A stretch of 64,000 nucleotides of DNA. Source: an uncultured Bifidobacteriaceae bacterium. Its GTDB lineage: Bacteria > Verrucomicrobiota > Verrucomicrobiia > Limisphaerales > UBA11358. Of the stretch, positions 42,642-53,600 are shown in pieces. Position 1 is the stretch's first letter. Each line of letters begins with the position of its first letter. The notes under the pieces were generated by a model. That model was given only the letters and a program-made list of their open reading frames with translations, was not told the DNA's origin and did no database searches. The translations under genes were made by a program, and so were the position numbers. Location: NCBI GenBank assembly GCA_964475285.1, contig CAYYWB010000001.1, forward strand, positions 6,529 to 70,528, given 5' to 3'.

Positions 42642-44624
42642 TCATGAAGGCCTTGTTTCAATGATTTTTAGCACATCTTCCAAGGCATCGTGCATCGCTT
42701 GTGCCGATGCATAGCGCTTTGTGGCATCGGCCTGACAAGCTTTGAGAATGACCGCGTTCAATGGCAGGAAATCCGCCGGCTCCGCCGTGTCAACCAACGT
42801 TGTCGCAATTTCTGGAAACAGTGCGGCAGTTCGTCCGGTGCTGATGACATAAAGCAGCATGCCCAAGGCATAAATGTCCGCTTGCGGTGTGCCGGGGCTT
42901 TCCGGTGGCGGCGGCATAAAACCTGGCGTGCCGACATAGGTTCCCATTTCATCCGGCGGACGGATTTCGGTGATGAGACCCAAATCCGCCATTTTGGGTT
43001 GTCCGTCCACAAAGATGATGTTTTGCGGTTTGAGATCGCGGTGGGTCAATCCGTGCCGATGGAGAAATTGCAATGCGTCAGTCAGGGCGAGGCCGATGCG
43101 CACACATTCGCGCACCAGAAGCCGATGGCCCTGCAGACGGACACGCTCATTGAGCAAATCGCGGGGTTTGTATTTTGCTGGCTCGCGCTCCCAGTCCCGC
43201 TCAACCGAATCGCCAAGTTCCATCACATAATAGAAATAGCCGTCCAGTTTTTCGCTGATGAAATCTATCCGCAACAAACCGGGATGCTGGTCGGAAATGG
43301 GTTTGTAGCGGCTGATGCCATTGAATTCGCGTTCATAGGGGGCGGTGCGATTGTCGAATTTCGCCATGTAAATTACCTTTAATGCACGCCACTCCCTCTT
43401 CGCATTCCGGGCCAGCCAGACTTTGCCGTAAGCGCCTTCGCCAAAGGGCGGATGGAACAACTTATAACCGGGAATTTTGGGAGGTTTTTCGGCTGCGCTG
43501 GCTTCTACAGTGCGGGAGGGTTTTACCGCGACTGCCCATGCCAGGGCAAACGGCACCTGGCCCCCGGCAATCACCAGCCAGGGAAACCAATAGTTTGTAA
43601 AATAACTCCATGCGACCGCCACGACCGCGACGGCTGTTGCAACGGTTGTTCCCCATACAAGGGCCGGCAGCAATTTCATCCGGCATAATCCGCCACCGAG
43701 AAATAATCCTCCTGCTGCCACAACCAGCGCTTCCATCCACCACGCCGGTCGTCGCAGCCAATCGCCATTCATCAGATTCAAAAATGAAGTGGCCATTATT
43801 TCCACCCCGCCGGCGGATTCGCCCGTCCAGCGTGTGTAAGGGGTCTTGAATTCGTCCGGTTCATCGCCTGGCAGGGATGTTTTGGGTTGCGTTCCGATGA
43901 ACACGATCTGATCGCGGAAATAATTCTTCGGCTGGGTCAACGCGAACTGATAGCTCATCCGCTTCCACGAGCCCTCTCGGCCGTAGTAACGAAACCATCG
44001 TTCCTGCTGGTTGCCGTTTAACTGTGCGCCGGCCAGCCGCGCGGTTGTTTCCGGCAGGCTTGGATACGGTCCGGGCGAGGGAAATGGCCAATGCCGGCGC
44101 ACAATCGAATCGTTCACCGAATCCGGGTCAAGATTGGCGACGCCCCAATTTCCCCTGGCTGCGTCCAGAAACATCGCGTCGGGGGGTGTCGGTTGCGCGC
44201 CAATCAACCCCGGTCGGGTTATTTGCGACTGTTCCGCCATCAACACCACGCGCGGCAGCCGCCTCATTGCATCGGCCAGTGCCTTATCAGAAGCCGGCTC
44301 GCGTCGCTCGCGGAAAAAGGAATCAAATGTCACCAACGGACAACCATCATCGGCCAGCTTGTTCAGCAACTGGGCATGCAGTCCCCGGTCCCAGGGTTGT
44401 CCGCGCGTTTGATGAAATTGGCTGAACGCTTCATTGTCCATCAGGATGAGTGTGACTTGGTTGGTGACGGCACGCGCACCAAATCGGAACAGGTAATCGT
44501 AGCTGGCATTTACCCACGGCTCACCCACCGGGGTTTTCCACAGCATCAGGCCGCAAAGAATCGCCAACACCGCGCCTGCCGCGGATTTGAGGACGTTTTT
44601 TTGCCTGCCGATTTTGCCCTTCAT
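42642..44624 (-). CDS. CHASE2 sensor domain + Ser/Thr protein kinase
   Basis: The kinase motifs are HRDLKPQNIIF, MADLGL and GTPGFMPPP. The N-terminal extracytoplasmic region is followed by several TM helices. The chosen start is MKGKIGRQ at 44624. Confidence 0.75.
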   Translation of the reverse strand: MKGKIGRQKNVLKSAAGAVLAILCGLMLWKTPVGEPWVNASYDYLFRFGARAVTNQVTLILMDNEAFSQFHQTRGQPWDRGLHAQLLNKLADDGCPLVTFDSFFRERREPASDKALADAMRRLPRVVLMAEQSQITRPGLIGAQPTPPDAMFLDAARGNWGVANLDPDSVNDSIVRRHWPFPSPGPYPSLPETTARLAGAQLNGNQQERWFRYYGREGSWKRMSYQFALTQPKNYFRDQIVFIGTQPKTSLPGDEPDEFKTPYTRWTGESAGGVEIMATSFLNLMNGDWLRRPAWWMEALVVAAGGLFLGGGLCRMKLLPALVWGTTVATAVAVVAVAWSYFTNYWFPWLVIAGGQVPFALAWAVAVKPSRTVEASAAEKPPKIPGYKLFHPPFGEGAYGKVWLARNAKREWRALKVIYMAKFDNRTAPYEREFNGISRYKPISDQHPGLLRIDFISEKLDGYFYYVMELGDSVERDWEREPAKYKPRDLLNERVRLQGHRLLVRECVRIGLALTDALQFLHRHGLTHRDLKPQNIIFVDGQPKMADLGLITEIRPPDEMGTYVGTPGFMPPPPESPGTPQADIYALGMLLYVISTGRTAALFPEIATTLVDTAEPADFLPLNAVILKACQADATKRYASAQAMHDALEDVLKIIETRPS

Positions 44625-44758
44625 AACGTGCCGAATGCCTTGCGCTTGAATGTAAAAGAAAGGCGGGAAAGAAAAACGCAAATCTTTTGAAAGATTTGCC
44701 GGTGCTGGCCGTATTCCATTATTGAGAGCTAAACCCACCCTCACCCTGTTGACCCACT

Positions 44759-45472
44759 ATGAATAGACAGATCCTATCCTTTGCTGTCTTGACCGCCATT
44801 GCAACCTCGGTTGCGGTCGGTCAGGACTCCGGCTATCCGATTCAGCCTGATTTTCCAAAAATCCTGCTACAGCCGGAAAACCAACTGGTTCCCATCGGCT
44901 CAAACGCGGTGTTCTTCGTAATCGCAACCAACGGCCCCCTGGCCTACCAGTGGTTTCGCAACGGCGATCCCATGAACGAACAAACCAATGAGACGCTCGC
45001 CATCTCAAACGCCCAGGTCAGTGACGTGGCGTCATATTCCTGCGACATTTACAGGGGCTTGGAAATGGTGCCGACCCGCGCCGCTTCCCTGATGGTGTTC
45101 ACCAGCAGCATAGACCCGCAGACCGGCGTGGATCCGGTTGTCGTGTATGGTTCGCCCGTGTATGGCAGCGGTTCACAAGGCACCTGTCCTGGATCTTCTT
45201 TGGGACACGTCAGCTACACCAAGACAACTCAACAAGGCTGGGGCTGGGCGCCGGATACCAGCAATGGCAACACCCTCTTCACCGCCACCGACACCAACCG
45301 GACAAACACTAACATTCAATTTGCCGGGGCATATGGGGACACCGGCTGCAACACGACCACTGTCACCGTCCCGAATCCGCCCATCAGCCCGGTCTATGAG
45401 TTCGCCATCTTTTTCACCAACAATGTTCCGACGAACCCCTACGCCATCACCTTGAATGGATTTAAACCCTGA
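44759..45472 (+). CDS. secreted protein with Ig-like domain
   Basis: The signal-like N-terminus is MNRQILSFAVLTAIATSVAVG. The Ig-like module (PENQLVPIGSNAVFFVIATNGPLAYQWFRNG..ASYSCDIY) resembles repeats in the 54722 gene. Confidence 0.55.
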   Translation: MNRQILSFAVLTAIATSVAVGQDSGYPIQPDFPKILLQPENQLVPIGSNAVFFVIATNGPLAYQWFRNGDPMNEQTNETLAISNAQVSDVASYSCDIYRGLEMVPTRAASLMVFTSSIDPQTGVDPVVVYGSPVYGSGSQGTCPGSSLGHVSYTKTTQQGWGWAPDTSNGNTLFTATDTNRTNTNIQFAGAYGDTGCNTTTVTVPNPPISPVYEFAIFFTNNVPTNPYAITLNGFKP

Positions 45473-45575
45473 CGGCTGCATGCGATGGATTTTGAAGTAA
45501 CAAACCCGATTTGTTGGCACACCGGGAAAGATATCTTCGTCGCCCGTGCTGTAGACGGCGGGGGGAAAGTGAAAT

Positions 45576-45839
45576 GTGTTCGAAAGAGTCACTTGCATCG
45601 TTAGAAGCGAAGCGTTTCCGTATGCGGATTGCCGCTCGATAATCCTGCTCAAAACCAATCAGTGGAGGGTCTATTCCCCGGAACAGGCGCACGAAAAGGT
45701 TAAGGCGCTTTCGGGATCAATAGTCGTGGTGTGCGAAGGTCAGATTGTGCCGCTCATTCCGGCCGAATGGGAAGGGAAAAAATACGTTCGAACCATGCTC
45801 AACGACACGCCCGACGACTATCTGTTAAAAGTCAAATAA
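45576..45839 (+). CDS. hypothetical protein (87 aa)
   Basis: ORF only. Confidence 0.25.
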   Translation: MFERVTCIVRSEAFPYADCRSIILLKTNQWRVYSPEQAHEKVKALSGSIVVVCEGQIVPLIPAEWEGKKYVRTMLNDTPDDYLLKVK

Positions 45840-45963
45840 TGCCGTTAAAATGAAGCGTATCAAGCCGCCGATTGCACGGTTGTTCATTCTCCCTCCGGTT
45901 CATCCCGTTAAAGAAGCCTACTCCGCGATAATCCATGTAATTCACGGATGAAAAGCTCTTGCC

Positions 45964-48900
45964 CTAAAAATTAATCTGAAATCGCATGGTCAGTGTGCGC
46001 GAGCGCGGCAGTTCGTTGTAAATGTTGAGCGGGTTGAGCTGGTAATCCTGTCCGGCAAGGTTGAGCAGGCCCACGGACAGTTCCGCCTTCCGGCGCGGGA
46101 AGTGGTAGCCGGCAAACAGGTTGAACTGCCAGAAGTCGCCGCCCGGTTCGGCGGGTGTGGTTGCGTTGGGGTAACCTCCGTTGCTCTGGTCGAACCATAG
46201 GGCTTCTCCCTCGGCAAAAAAACCGCAGGGATGATTGTAAATGGCGGTCATGTCCACCTGCTGCAATGTGCCCCGAGTCCGTGACCGGGGCTGGAAATTG
46301 TAAATGCCGCCCAGCAGCGAGTCTGGCACGTCCACAAAATTGTCGTTCAAGACGGCCTCGCTCACGCGGTAGTTTGCGCCAAGGGACCAGTTCCGGCCCA
46401 GCAATTGGTTGGCGGTGAACTGGAGCGTTTTCTCTTGATAATCCAGATTTTCGCGCATACCGGCGGGAATTGCCGGCGGGTTGAGGAAATTGAAGTCAAA
46501 TGCCCCGTCAACCCGGTCAACGATTGAGTTCAAAATCTCGCCGGAAACGCCCAAATAGGTTCCGGTTTGAAATTTCTGTTCTATGGAAAGATCGAAGGTC
46601 TCAAACTTGGCCCCGGCATTTTCCCCGGCGATGGATTCGGGAATGACGCTGCGGTAATTCTGGATGAAACCTGCAACCTGCGACGGCTCAATCTGGTAAC
46701 TTTGGTCCACGCTAGCACCGGACAACGAGCGCGTGTAGGCAAAGCGGGCGGTTGTGTCTTCCAGCGGTGTCCAAATCATGCCGGCCTTGGGGGAAATCTG
46801 ATCCTCCGTCTTTTCATTCCCGGAAATCGGTGCGGTGCGGAAGTTTTCGGGAAAGGTGATGCGGTCGTAGGTTAGCCCGCCAATCAATTGCAACGGGTCG
46901 AAAATTTGCCATTGATGGTAGCCGTAAAAGCTGAAACGATTGAATAAGGAGGTAATGTCCTGATCTGCTGCTGGTGATGAGAAAAAAAGTGGCAAAGCTA
47001 GCGGCTGTTCCTGCAGGCTGGCCGTGTCAAAATGGCCATATTGAATGCGCGTGCCGATAATGGTCGTATGCGCCGCCTGTTCCCAGATTTGTTGCAACTC
47101 CCCGGAATAAATCGTCAGCCGGCCGTCAAATTGCTCTGGTGCCGTAAGACCATGCACGGAAGTCAGACCAAGGCCGGCGGGCATAACGGCAAGCAAACTC
47201 GCCTGCGCCGGATTGGTGAATGAAAGTGTATCATTCAAGCGGGCCGCAAAAAACAGAGTGTGAACACCGGGATTCCATTGGTGGTCATAGCCAAGGCTCA
47301 AAATCGGATTTTGCGTTTCTTTCGAACGAGCAGATGAATTTGCCATGCTTTGGTTGTAATGCTGCGCAAGATCGCCAAAGGTCGCATCATATTGTTCGGC
47401 CTGCAAAAAAACGTTGTCCTTGGGGGTGAGTTGTTGCTTGAGCGTTAGGGAAAGCTGCCGCTGTTCAATGTCGTTATTCGCCCGCTGGCCGGGGTCGGAG
47501 TGATAAAGTGTCTCCATGTCGTAGCTGAAATCTCCAAACACGCCGAATTGAGCGCCGGATTCCGTCCACGCGCCACGGCTCAAATATTCCGTGTCCGAAA
47601 CCACGCCAAAGCCGTCGTGCGTGAACAGCCGGGAATATTCCCCCTGCGAAATCACGGAAGAAAGCGGGCCGGCGCTCACCGGGGCGAGCAAATTCGCCAC
47701 CAGATACTCGCTTTCTGACGGGGTCTCGTAACGGAGGTTGATCTCGTTCGGGTCGCGACGCTCGTTGTAACTGTCCGCCAGAAAAAGATGCGCGGAATAA
47801 TTTGCGTAATCGTCATTTACCGCGCGTGCTGCCTCGCGCACGCTCACGTCAAACATCCCCGCGTCTTTATACATCGTTGCCAGGTTGGCGGCACGGACGG
47901 CCTGATCCTGGTCCAGCAGCAGTTGTGAGCGAAAAACACCCCGGTTGTCGTTCAAGGCTTTGGACTTTTCCAGATCGCGAATGGCGTCGTCTATGAGATT
48001 TTCCTGCTGGTCGAGCAGGGCGGAATAAAACCATGCGGTAGGGTCGTTCGGATCCAGCCTCTTCGCCAGTTGAAGCTCTTTTGCAGCGTGCGCGGAATCG
48101 CCCGCGTTCGCATATGTTTTGCCCAGATAACTTCGCAACCCGGCGCGCTGGGGTTCCAGCGCTGCAGCCACCAGTAAATCTTCACGACCGCCGGTTGTAT
48201 CACCACTGCGAATGCGGCAAAGGCCGCGGCCGAGCCATGCATTGCCAAGCGCGGAATCCACGGCGAGCGCGCGATCAAATGCCTGGATGGCTGCGCGAGT
48301 TTGATTTTGCGCGGCCAGTAGAAACCCCTTCATGGCGAGCGCTTGGGCGTTCCGTGGCGCGAGCATGATGCTCTTGTCCAAGGCATCGGACGCATCCTGT
48401 GTGCGGCCGAAGCTGAACTCCAATTCCGCAACGCGTTCCCAGGCGAATCCGAATTGCGGGGAATTGGTCACGGCCTGTTGTGCAAGGCGCAGGGCGTTTT
48501 CAAGCGAAGTTTCGCGGATGGCGCGCGATTGCTCGAAATAAGAGGCGGCGAGGGATTCGGTTGAGAGTTGAGGGTTGAGGGTTGAGGGCGGTGGCTGCCG
48601 TTTCACCGCCGCGATGAGTTCGCGCAAAGCGGCGGCCAGGCGTTGCGGGCGTTCGGATTTGTCGGAGATCAAAGAAAGGATGGATTCCGCCCGTTCCACC
48701 TCACCGACGGCAAGCAGCAGGGTGGCGTGATAGACGCGTTCATTGTCCGAGATGTTCGGATGGCCTGCGGGGTATTGGGTGAGCGCGGCCAGCAAGTCGC
48801 CACTGCGATAAGCGGCAAGCGAAGCGGCGAGTTCTTTTTGCTCGTCTGCCGCGAGTTGCAGTTCGTCAGGATCGAGCACGGCTGGATAATAAAAACACCA

Positions 48901-49533
48901 TTGTAAAAGATTGTTGGCGATGAAACCGGCGGCCCGTGCGGGCGCCTTGCCAAGTTCAACGATCGCTTCTTCGCCATTGGTCAGCGAAAGCGTGCCAAAG
49001 GTGTTGCCGATTTTCACCCGACCGTCCACGACGGAAAGCGTCGTGAGGTCAGCGTCATCCACGGCGAGGACGAATTCAGTGCCTTCGACACCGGCAACGG
49101 CGCCACGTGTGATGATCTGGATGCGCCCCGGCCGGTCACGGTGGAAAAAAGACACAATACCACGAAGCAGATGCAGGCCGGATTGCGTGTCAGCCGATTG
49201 CTGCGGCAGAATTTCCAGTTCGGTTGAAGCGCCGAACCGCACCACGCTGTTGTCGGACCAAAGCAGCGCGCCCCGGCTGTCCGCGCCGGAACGCAGGCGG
49301 TCAAAAGGGTGCAAGATTTGATTGGCGTGGATGGATGACCAAACGGTTGAACCGGCAAAAGAAACCTCCACCGTGCCATGAAACTCCACGACTTGGGTTT
49401 CGTTCGTGGCCGGAGTGGGTGCCGAAGATTGGCCATGGCAAATCCCGGCCCAAGCTGAAAACAGTCCCCAGATTACACCCTGAAGAATGCCTCGAACTAT
49501 TTTATGGAACGGATTCAAGTGTTTCCGATACAA
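45964..49533 (-). CDS. FecR-domain / TPR / C-terminal beta-barrel outer-membrane protein
   Basis: The N-terminus has a signal-like sequence plus a FecR-like segment (GTVEVSFAGSTVWSSIHANQILHPFDRLRSG..), then TPR repeats. The C-terminus ends ..LTMRFQINF (terminal Phe, OMP-like). It is divergent from an ECF sigma gene. Confidence 0.65.
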   Translation of the reverse strand: MYRKHLNPFHKIVRGILQGVIWGLFSAWAGICHGQSSAPTPATNETQVVEFHGTVEVSFAGSTVWSSIHANQILHPFDRLRSGADSRGALLWSDNSVVRFGASTELEILPQQSADTQSGLHLLRGIVSFFHRDRPGRIQIITRGAVAGVEGTEFVLAVDDADLTTLSVVDGRVKIGNTFGTLSLTNGEEAIVELGKAPARAAGFIANNLLQWCFYYPAVLDPDELQLAADEQKELAASLAAYRSGDLLAALTQYPAGHPNISDNERVYHATLLLAVGEVERAESILSLISDKSERPQRLAAALRELIAAVKRQPPPSTLNPQLSTESLAASYFEQSRAIRETSLENALRLAQQAVTNSPQFGFAWERVAELEFSFGRTQDASDALDKSIMLAPRNAQALAMKGFLLAAQNQTRAAIQAFDRALAVDSALGNAWLGRGLCRIRSGDTTGGREDLLVAAALEPQRAGLRSYLGKTYANAGDSAHAAKELQLAKRLDPNDPTAWFYSALLDQQENLIDDAIRDLEKSKALNDNRGVFRSQLLLDQDQAVRAANLATMYKDAGMFDVSVREAARAVNDDYANYSAHLFLADSYNERRDPNEINLRYETPSESEYLVANLLAPVSAGPLSSVISQGEYSRLFTHDGFGVVSDTEYLSRGAWTESGAQFGVFGDFSYDMETLYHSDPGQRANNDIEQRQLSLTLKQQLTPKDNVFLQAEQYDATFGDLAQHYNQSMANSSARSKETQNPILSLGYDHQWNPGVHTLFFAARLNDTLSFTNPAQASLLAVMPAGLGLTSVHGLTAPEQFDGRLTIYSGELQQIWEQAAHTTIIGTRIQYGHFDTASLQEQPLALPLFFSSPAADQDITSLFNRFSFYGYHQWQIFDPLQLIGGLTYDRITFPENFRTAPISGNEKTEDQISPKAGMIWTPLEDTTARFAYTRSLSGASVDQSYQIEPSQVAGFIQNYRSVIPESIAGENAGAKFETFDLSIEQKFQTGTYLGVSGEILNSIVDRVDGAFDFNFLNPPAIPAGMRENLDYQEKTLQFTANQLLGRNWSLGANYRVSEAVLNDNFVDVPDSLLGGIYNFQPRSRTRGTLQQVDMTAIYNHPCGFFAEGEALWFDQSNGGYPNATTPAEPGGDFWQFNLFAGYHFPRRKAELSVGLLNLAGQDYQLNPLNIYNELPRSRTLTMRFQINF

Positions 49534-49629
49534 TTGTGGGGAAAATATGAAACAACGATATGCGGTTCAAGGCCTTTCCTGTTTGCAAGAGCCGTCCTCA
49601 AACGACATTTATTGATCATGATACGGCCA

Positions 49630-50247
49630 ATGAATGAATTGATTCCAACGCGGACGACACTGCTTGAACGCCTCAAAGATTGGCGGAATGAATCGAGTTG
49701 GCAGGTTTTTTTCGACACTTATTGGAAGCTGATTTACGGCGTTGCGATCAAAGGCGGATTGACCGAGACCGAGGCCGAGGATGTCGTTCAGGAAACCATG
49801 ATTTCCGTTGCCAAACATATCCCCACGTTCAAATACAACCGGAAAATCGGATCCTTTAAAGGCTGGCTTTTGAACATGACCCGCTGGCGCATCACTGACC
49901 AGTTTCGCAAACGTCAGCCCGCGCTCGTTCACCCATTGCCTTTCGGTGATGCCGATACGGATGTTCAATCCACCAGCCAAGTGGCTGACCCAGCAAGTCT
50001 GGATTGGAATGCCCTCTGGGATGCCGAATGGGAGAAAAATTTGCTCGAAGCCGCGATTGTCAGGGTGAAGCGGCGTCTTGACCCTGAAAAATTCCAAATC
50101 TTCGATTTCTACGTGAACAAGGAATGGCCGCCGGACAAGGTCGCAAAAGCTTTTGGGATTTCCGTTGACCAAGTTTATCTGGCCAAGCATCGCGTTTTGG
50201 AGATCATCAAAGAAGAAGTTCAGCGGCTGCAGAAGGAGACGGTCTGA
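49630..50247 (+). CDS. ECF-type RNA polymerase sigma-70 family factor
   Basis: Region 2 is EAEDVVQETMISVAKHIPTF. Region 4 HTH is DKVAKAFGISVDQVYLAKHRVLE. The chosen start is MNELIPTR at 49630. Confidence 0.75.
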   Translation: MNELIPTRTTLLERLKDWRNESSWQVFFDTYWKLIYGVAIKGGLTETEAEDVVQETMISVAKHIPTFKYNRKIGSFKGWLLNMTRWRITDQFRKRQPALVHPLPFGDADTDVQSTSQVADPASLDWNALWDAEWEKNLLEAAIVRVKRRLDPEKFQIFDFYVNKEWPPDKVAKAFGISVDQVYLAKHRVLEIIKEEVQRLQKETV

Positions 50248-50677
50248 ATCATTCGGTTGCCCTGAACGGGTTTCCCCGCTTCAAGCTGGACAATTTTCCA
50301 GACGTTTTGGGTGATTTAGCTTCACGGGTTCTGTTTTGAACATTTTTTGAAAGATTTCGCATTCTCCAACGTATTTCTATTGATTGCTTCCGGTTTGAAA
50401 AGCCGTTAGTGCGATACATTTTGCCAGCCCCGACCTCGTTCATAGGGTTAGGGTATCGGGTTTGGATAGGGGGTGGGTGGGGCGGGGCTGGTTTTAATGC
50501 AATCATTGAAGGAAAAGTTACAAAAATGCGAGACTTTTGCTGCTTGTGGACAATCCCGCTGATTGCTGGTTTAAGAAGTATAAATGCCGACGAACGACGG
50601 GTTGGAGTCCAGTTCTCCGTGCGGGAACCAAAGAGAAGTTTCGGATGGCACTGGAGACAAACAGATTTGATTTGGTT

Positions 50678-53600
50678 ATGAAAACAAGCTCATGGGCAAT
50701 CCATAACGTCCTGTTAATGGCGGGACTTTATCTGGCAACCATTCAACTTCAGGCCCAAACCATTGCCTATGATGCGCCCAAAGGAACCTTGGGGAACGAG
50801 GCCGTGCCCAATTTGGTTGTGGGCAACGACTTCGATGTTGAAAGCCCCGTCACGATATCGCAATTGGGTGTGTTTAACAGCGGTGGGAATGGCATCCAGG
50901 GCAGTTCGGAACTGACGGTTCAACTATACGAGCGCAACGGAAATTCAGGGATGCTGTTGGAAACGCTGAACTTTGACGCCGCCAGCCCCGGCAGGCAAAT
51001 CACCGGCAATTTATTCAAGCCGCTGGCCAACCCGGTGACACTGCTGCCGGGATCCTACACCATTGTCGCGTATGGATTTGACGCCGCCAACCCCGAAGGC
51101 AACGCCGGGGTTCCCCCCTACTTTGGGTCACAACTGCCGTGGAGCGGAAACAATGGCGGAGGATTGATACAATTTACCGGCAGTGGCCGCTATGGAACCA
51201 ATGGCGTCAACCAGTTTCCATCGGAGCTGGCCCAGGGGCCGGCCAACTGTTACGCGGCGGGAACATTCATGTTTAGTGGCACGACATTGCCAAGCCCGCC
51301 GTGTGCGGCGGATTATGCCGCGCTGACGGCCGGCGTCAGCAGTTTTCCAATTGAAGACATCCGGCATCTGGGGAGCGTGGCCGTGTTGAACGACGGGTCG
51401 TTTCCGGTGCTGGTGGAACACGGTGGCAACCGGTTGGTGTTGGAGGCGGGGGGTTATTACAACGACAACCCTGCCGGGGCGCGTGCGGTGGTTTTTGCGC
51501 ACGCGCAATGGGAAAACTCCGCGAACGACAGCCGGATGACGCTGTTTGAAAATGCCGTCAAGTGGGCCGCCCGGAAAAGCAATCCGGCGGACATCGTGAT
51601 GGGGGTGACGACGAATTTGCCGGCGAATGATCTGCCGGGGATTGACATCAATTATTTCACCAGCCGGGGGTATACGGTGATTCCGCTTTCCTTGTTGCCG
51701 CATGATCGGACCGATCAACTGCCGCCGATGGATGTGCTGGTGGCCGACTGGCACACGCACTACAACAAGACCTCCCTGGCCCAGATTCAAGAATTCACCG
51801 CCGGGGGCGGCGGGCTGGTGATGAGCGTGTTGACGAAGCATCTCGTTTATCCAAAAATCCGCCCGTCGTTCCTGCATGCCAACAACATTCTCCAGCCGTT
51901 TGGTTTGGCGTATCGTTCCAGTCTGGCAACCCCGGCGGATTATGGATTTACCAACATCCAGTCCATTCCCTATCCGGCCTATTTCAGCGCCTATCCTGCC
52001 GCCCAAATGCTGCACGCGGACCGCGTCGGCCAGTTTCAGATGGACAGCCTTTCCAAGGCCATCGCGCTCAACACGATCAACTATGCCGGCGGCAATGACC
52101 CTGATTTGTTGTCCGCACTGATGGCGGTGTATTCGGGAACAACCAACAACGGCACGGTGCAGCTGCCTTCGGGCGAGAACGTCAACTTCATGGACGCGGT
52201 GACGATGACCGGGGTGCAGGCCGGCACGAACCGTCTTGGCAATTGGACGACCAACGGGACCGACCTGGTGGCTGCGAATCGGCGCGGCAGCGTGGAATAT
52301 GACTTCAACGTGTCGACGGCAGATCTCTACAAGTTGAGGATTGAGGCCACGCAGAATGTGCCGTTCAATAAATCCGACACCTTTCCATTGTTGCTGACAC
52401 TGGATGGCCAGAGCCTGGGCCGGCAAAATCTCACGGTGCAGCCTGGGGTGGTCAGCGCGGTGGAATGCTGGACGCCCTACATTCTCCCCGGGCCGCACAG
52501 CCTGCGGATATTCTGGGACAACGCCGAAAGTTACACCGCCCTGGAGCTGGTGGCGGTGCATGTGCAGACCGGGCTGGGGCCGGATGAAAATGGAAACGGC
52601 ATAAAGGATTGGGTGGACCAGCTGGTGCAAACCCAGTCAGGGATGGACAACACCAACAGCGTCATCGGCAGCTATACCTCGCCGCTGTGTCTGGAAGGGC
52701 GCGATCCCTATCCATCGCTCATGCAAATGCAGATTGTCGGAGCGGACAACAAGACCTACAGCGCGTCGCCCAACACCACCTCCGACAATCGCTGGTTCAT
52801 CAACGTGCCATTGTCGGCTTATGTCAACGCCCAGACCCTGGCGGAAGCCACCTATCAGAATGGTGCATTGTCTGAAACCCGGAGCTTGCAATGGCTGCCG
52901 CTCAATCTTCTGACGGCAACCAACAACATGACCATCCGCAAAGGCGACAGCCTGTTGTTGAATGCGGTTCCTACCAATGCCGGCAACGGCAATATCACCA
53001 TCACCATCGGAACCAACATCTACACCGGCCGGGCCAACCAGCCCATTGCATGCAAATTTCCGGTGGCCGGCACTTATACCGTGACTGGCACCTATACTTC
53101 AGCCAAGGGTGTGGCCAGCAGCGGCAACATTGCGGTTGACGTGGTTGAACAAAGCCTGCCCAACACCCCGGCGTGCTGGGTGGGAATGGAACGGACGTGG
53201 GATTTGCCGCATCTGGCACCGGAAGCCGTGTTGGAGGCTGATTCACGCTTGTTTGTTGAACCGGTTGCGACCCTGACCAACAACGGGGAACGCTATGGCC
53301 TGTTGGCGGATGCAAATGAACCGCGCTCAATCATCGCGCGGCTGGGGCAGAACGGGCCGATTCTGGACGCGACCCGTGCGCGAGGCTTTTATCTGTGGTC
53401 GGGCAGCCAGGCATATACCAAGGTCATTCAGGTCTATCCCGACGGCAGCGAGCTGGTGGAGATGCTGGTGATTTGCAGCCCGGTCTTGCCGGATGTGACC
53501 TTCGAAATCGACACCATCGTTGGCGGCATCACCTTCGACGACGGCACGACGACCAAGATTTTGACTCCATCGAGTTTTGACGCCCTGGGCCGTTGCCCAG

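Noticed and set aside
48555-48590. A GGTTGAG heptamer tandem repeat lies in the FecR/TPR gene.
   Set aside because: It is only about 4 imperfect units, it lies inside a well-supported coding frame (it encodes ..PPPSTLNPQLST..), and it has no independent signal.
50250-50677. I searched for an ECF-type promoter (GGAAC-N16/17-CGTC) between the ECF sigma gene and the downstream secreted-protein gene.
   Set aside because: I found only weak partial matches (for example GGAACC near 50625 without a properly spaced CGTC), so no site is supportable by eye.
51128-52630. A 500-aa minus-strand ORF lies inside the 50678..53692 gene.
   Set aside because: It is Arg/His/Pro/Gly-rich and low-complexity, typical of an antisense shadow ORF in GC-rich coding DNA. 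The plus-strand frame has a signal peptide and a balanced composition.
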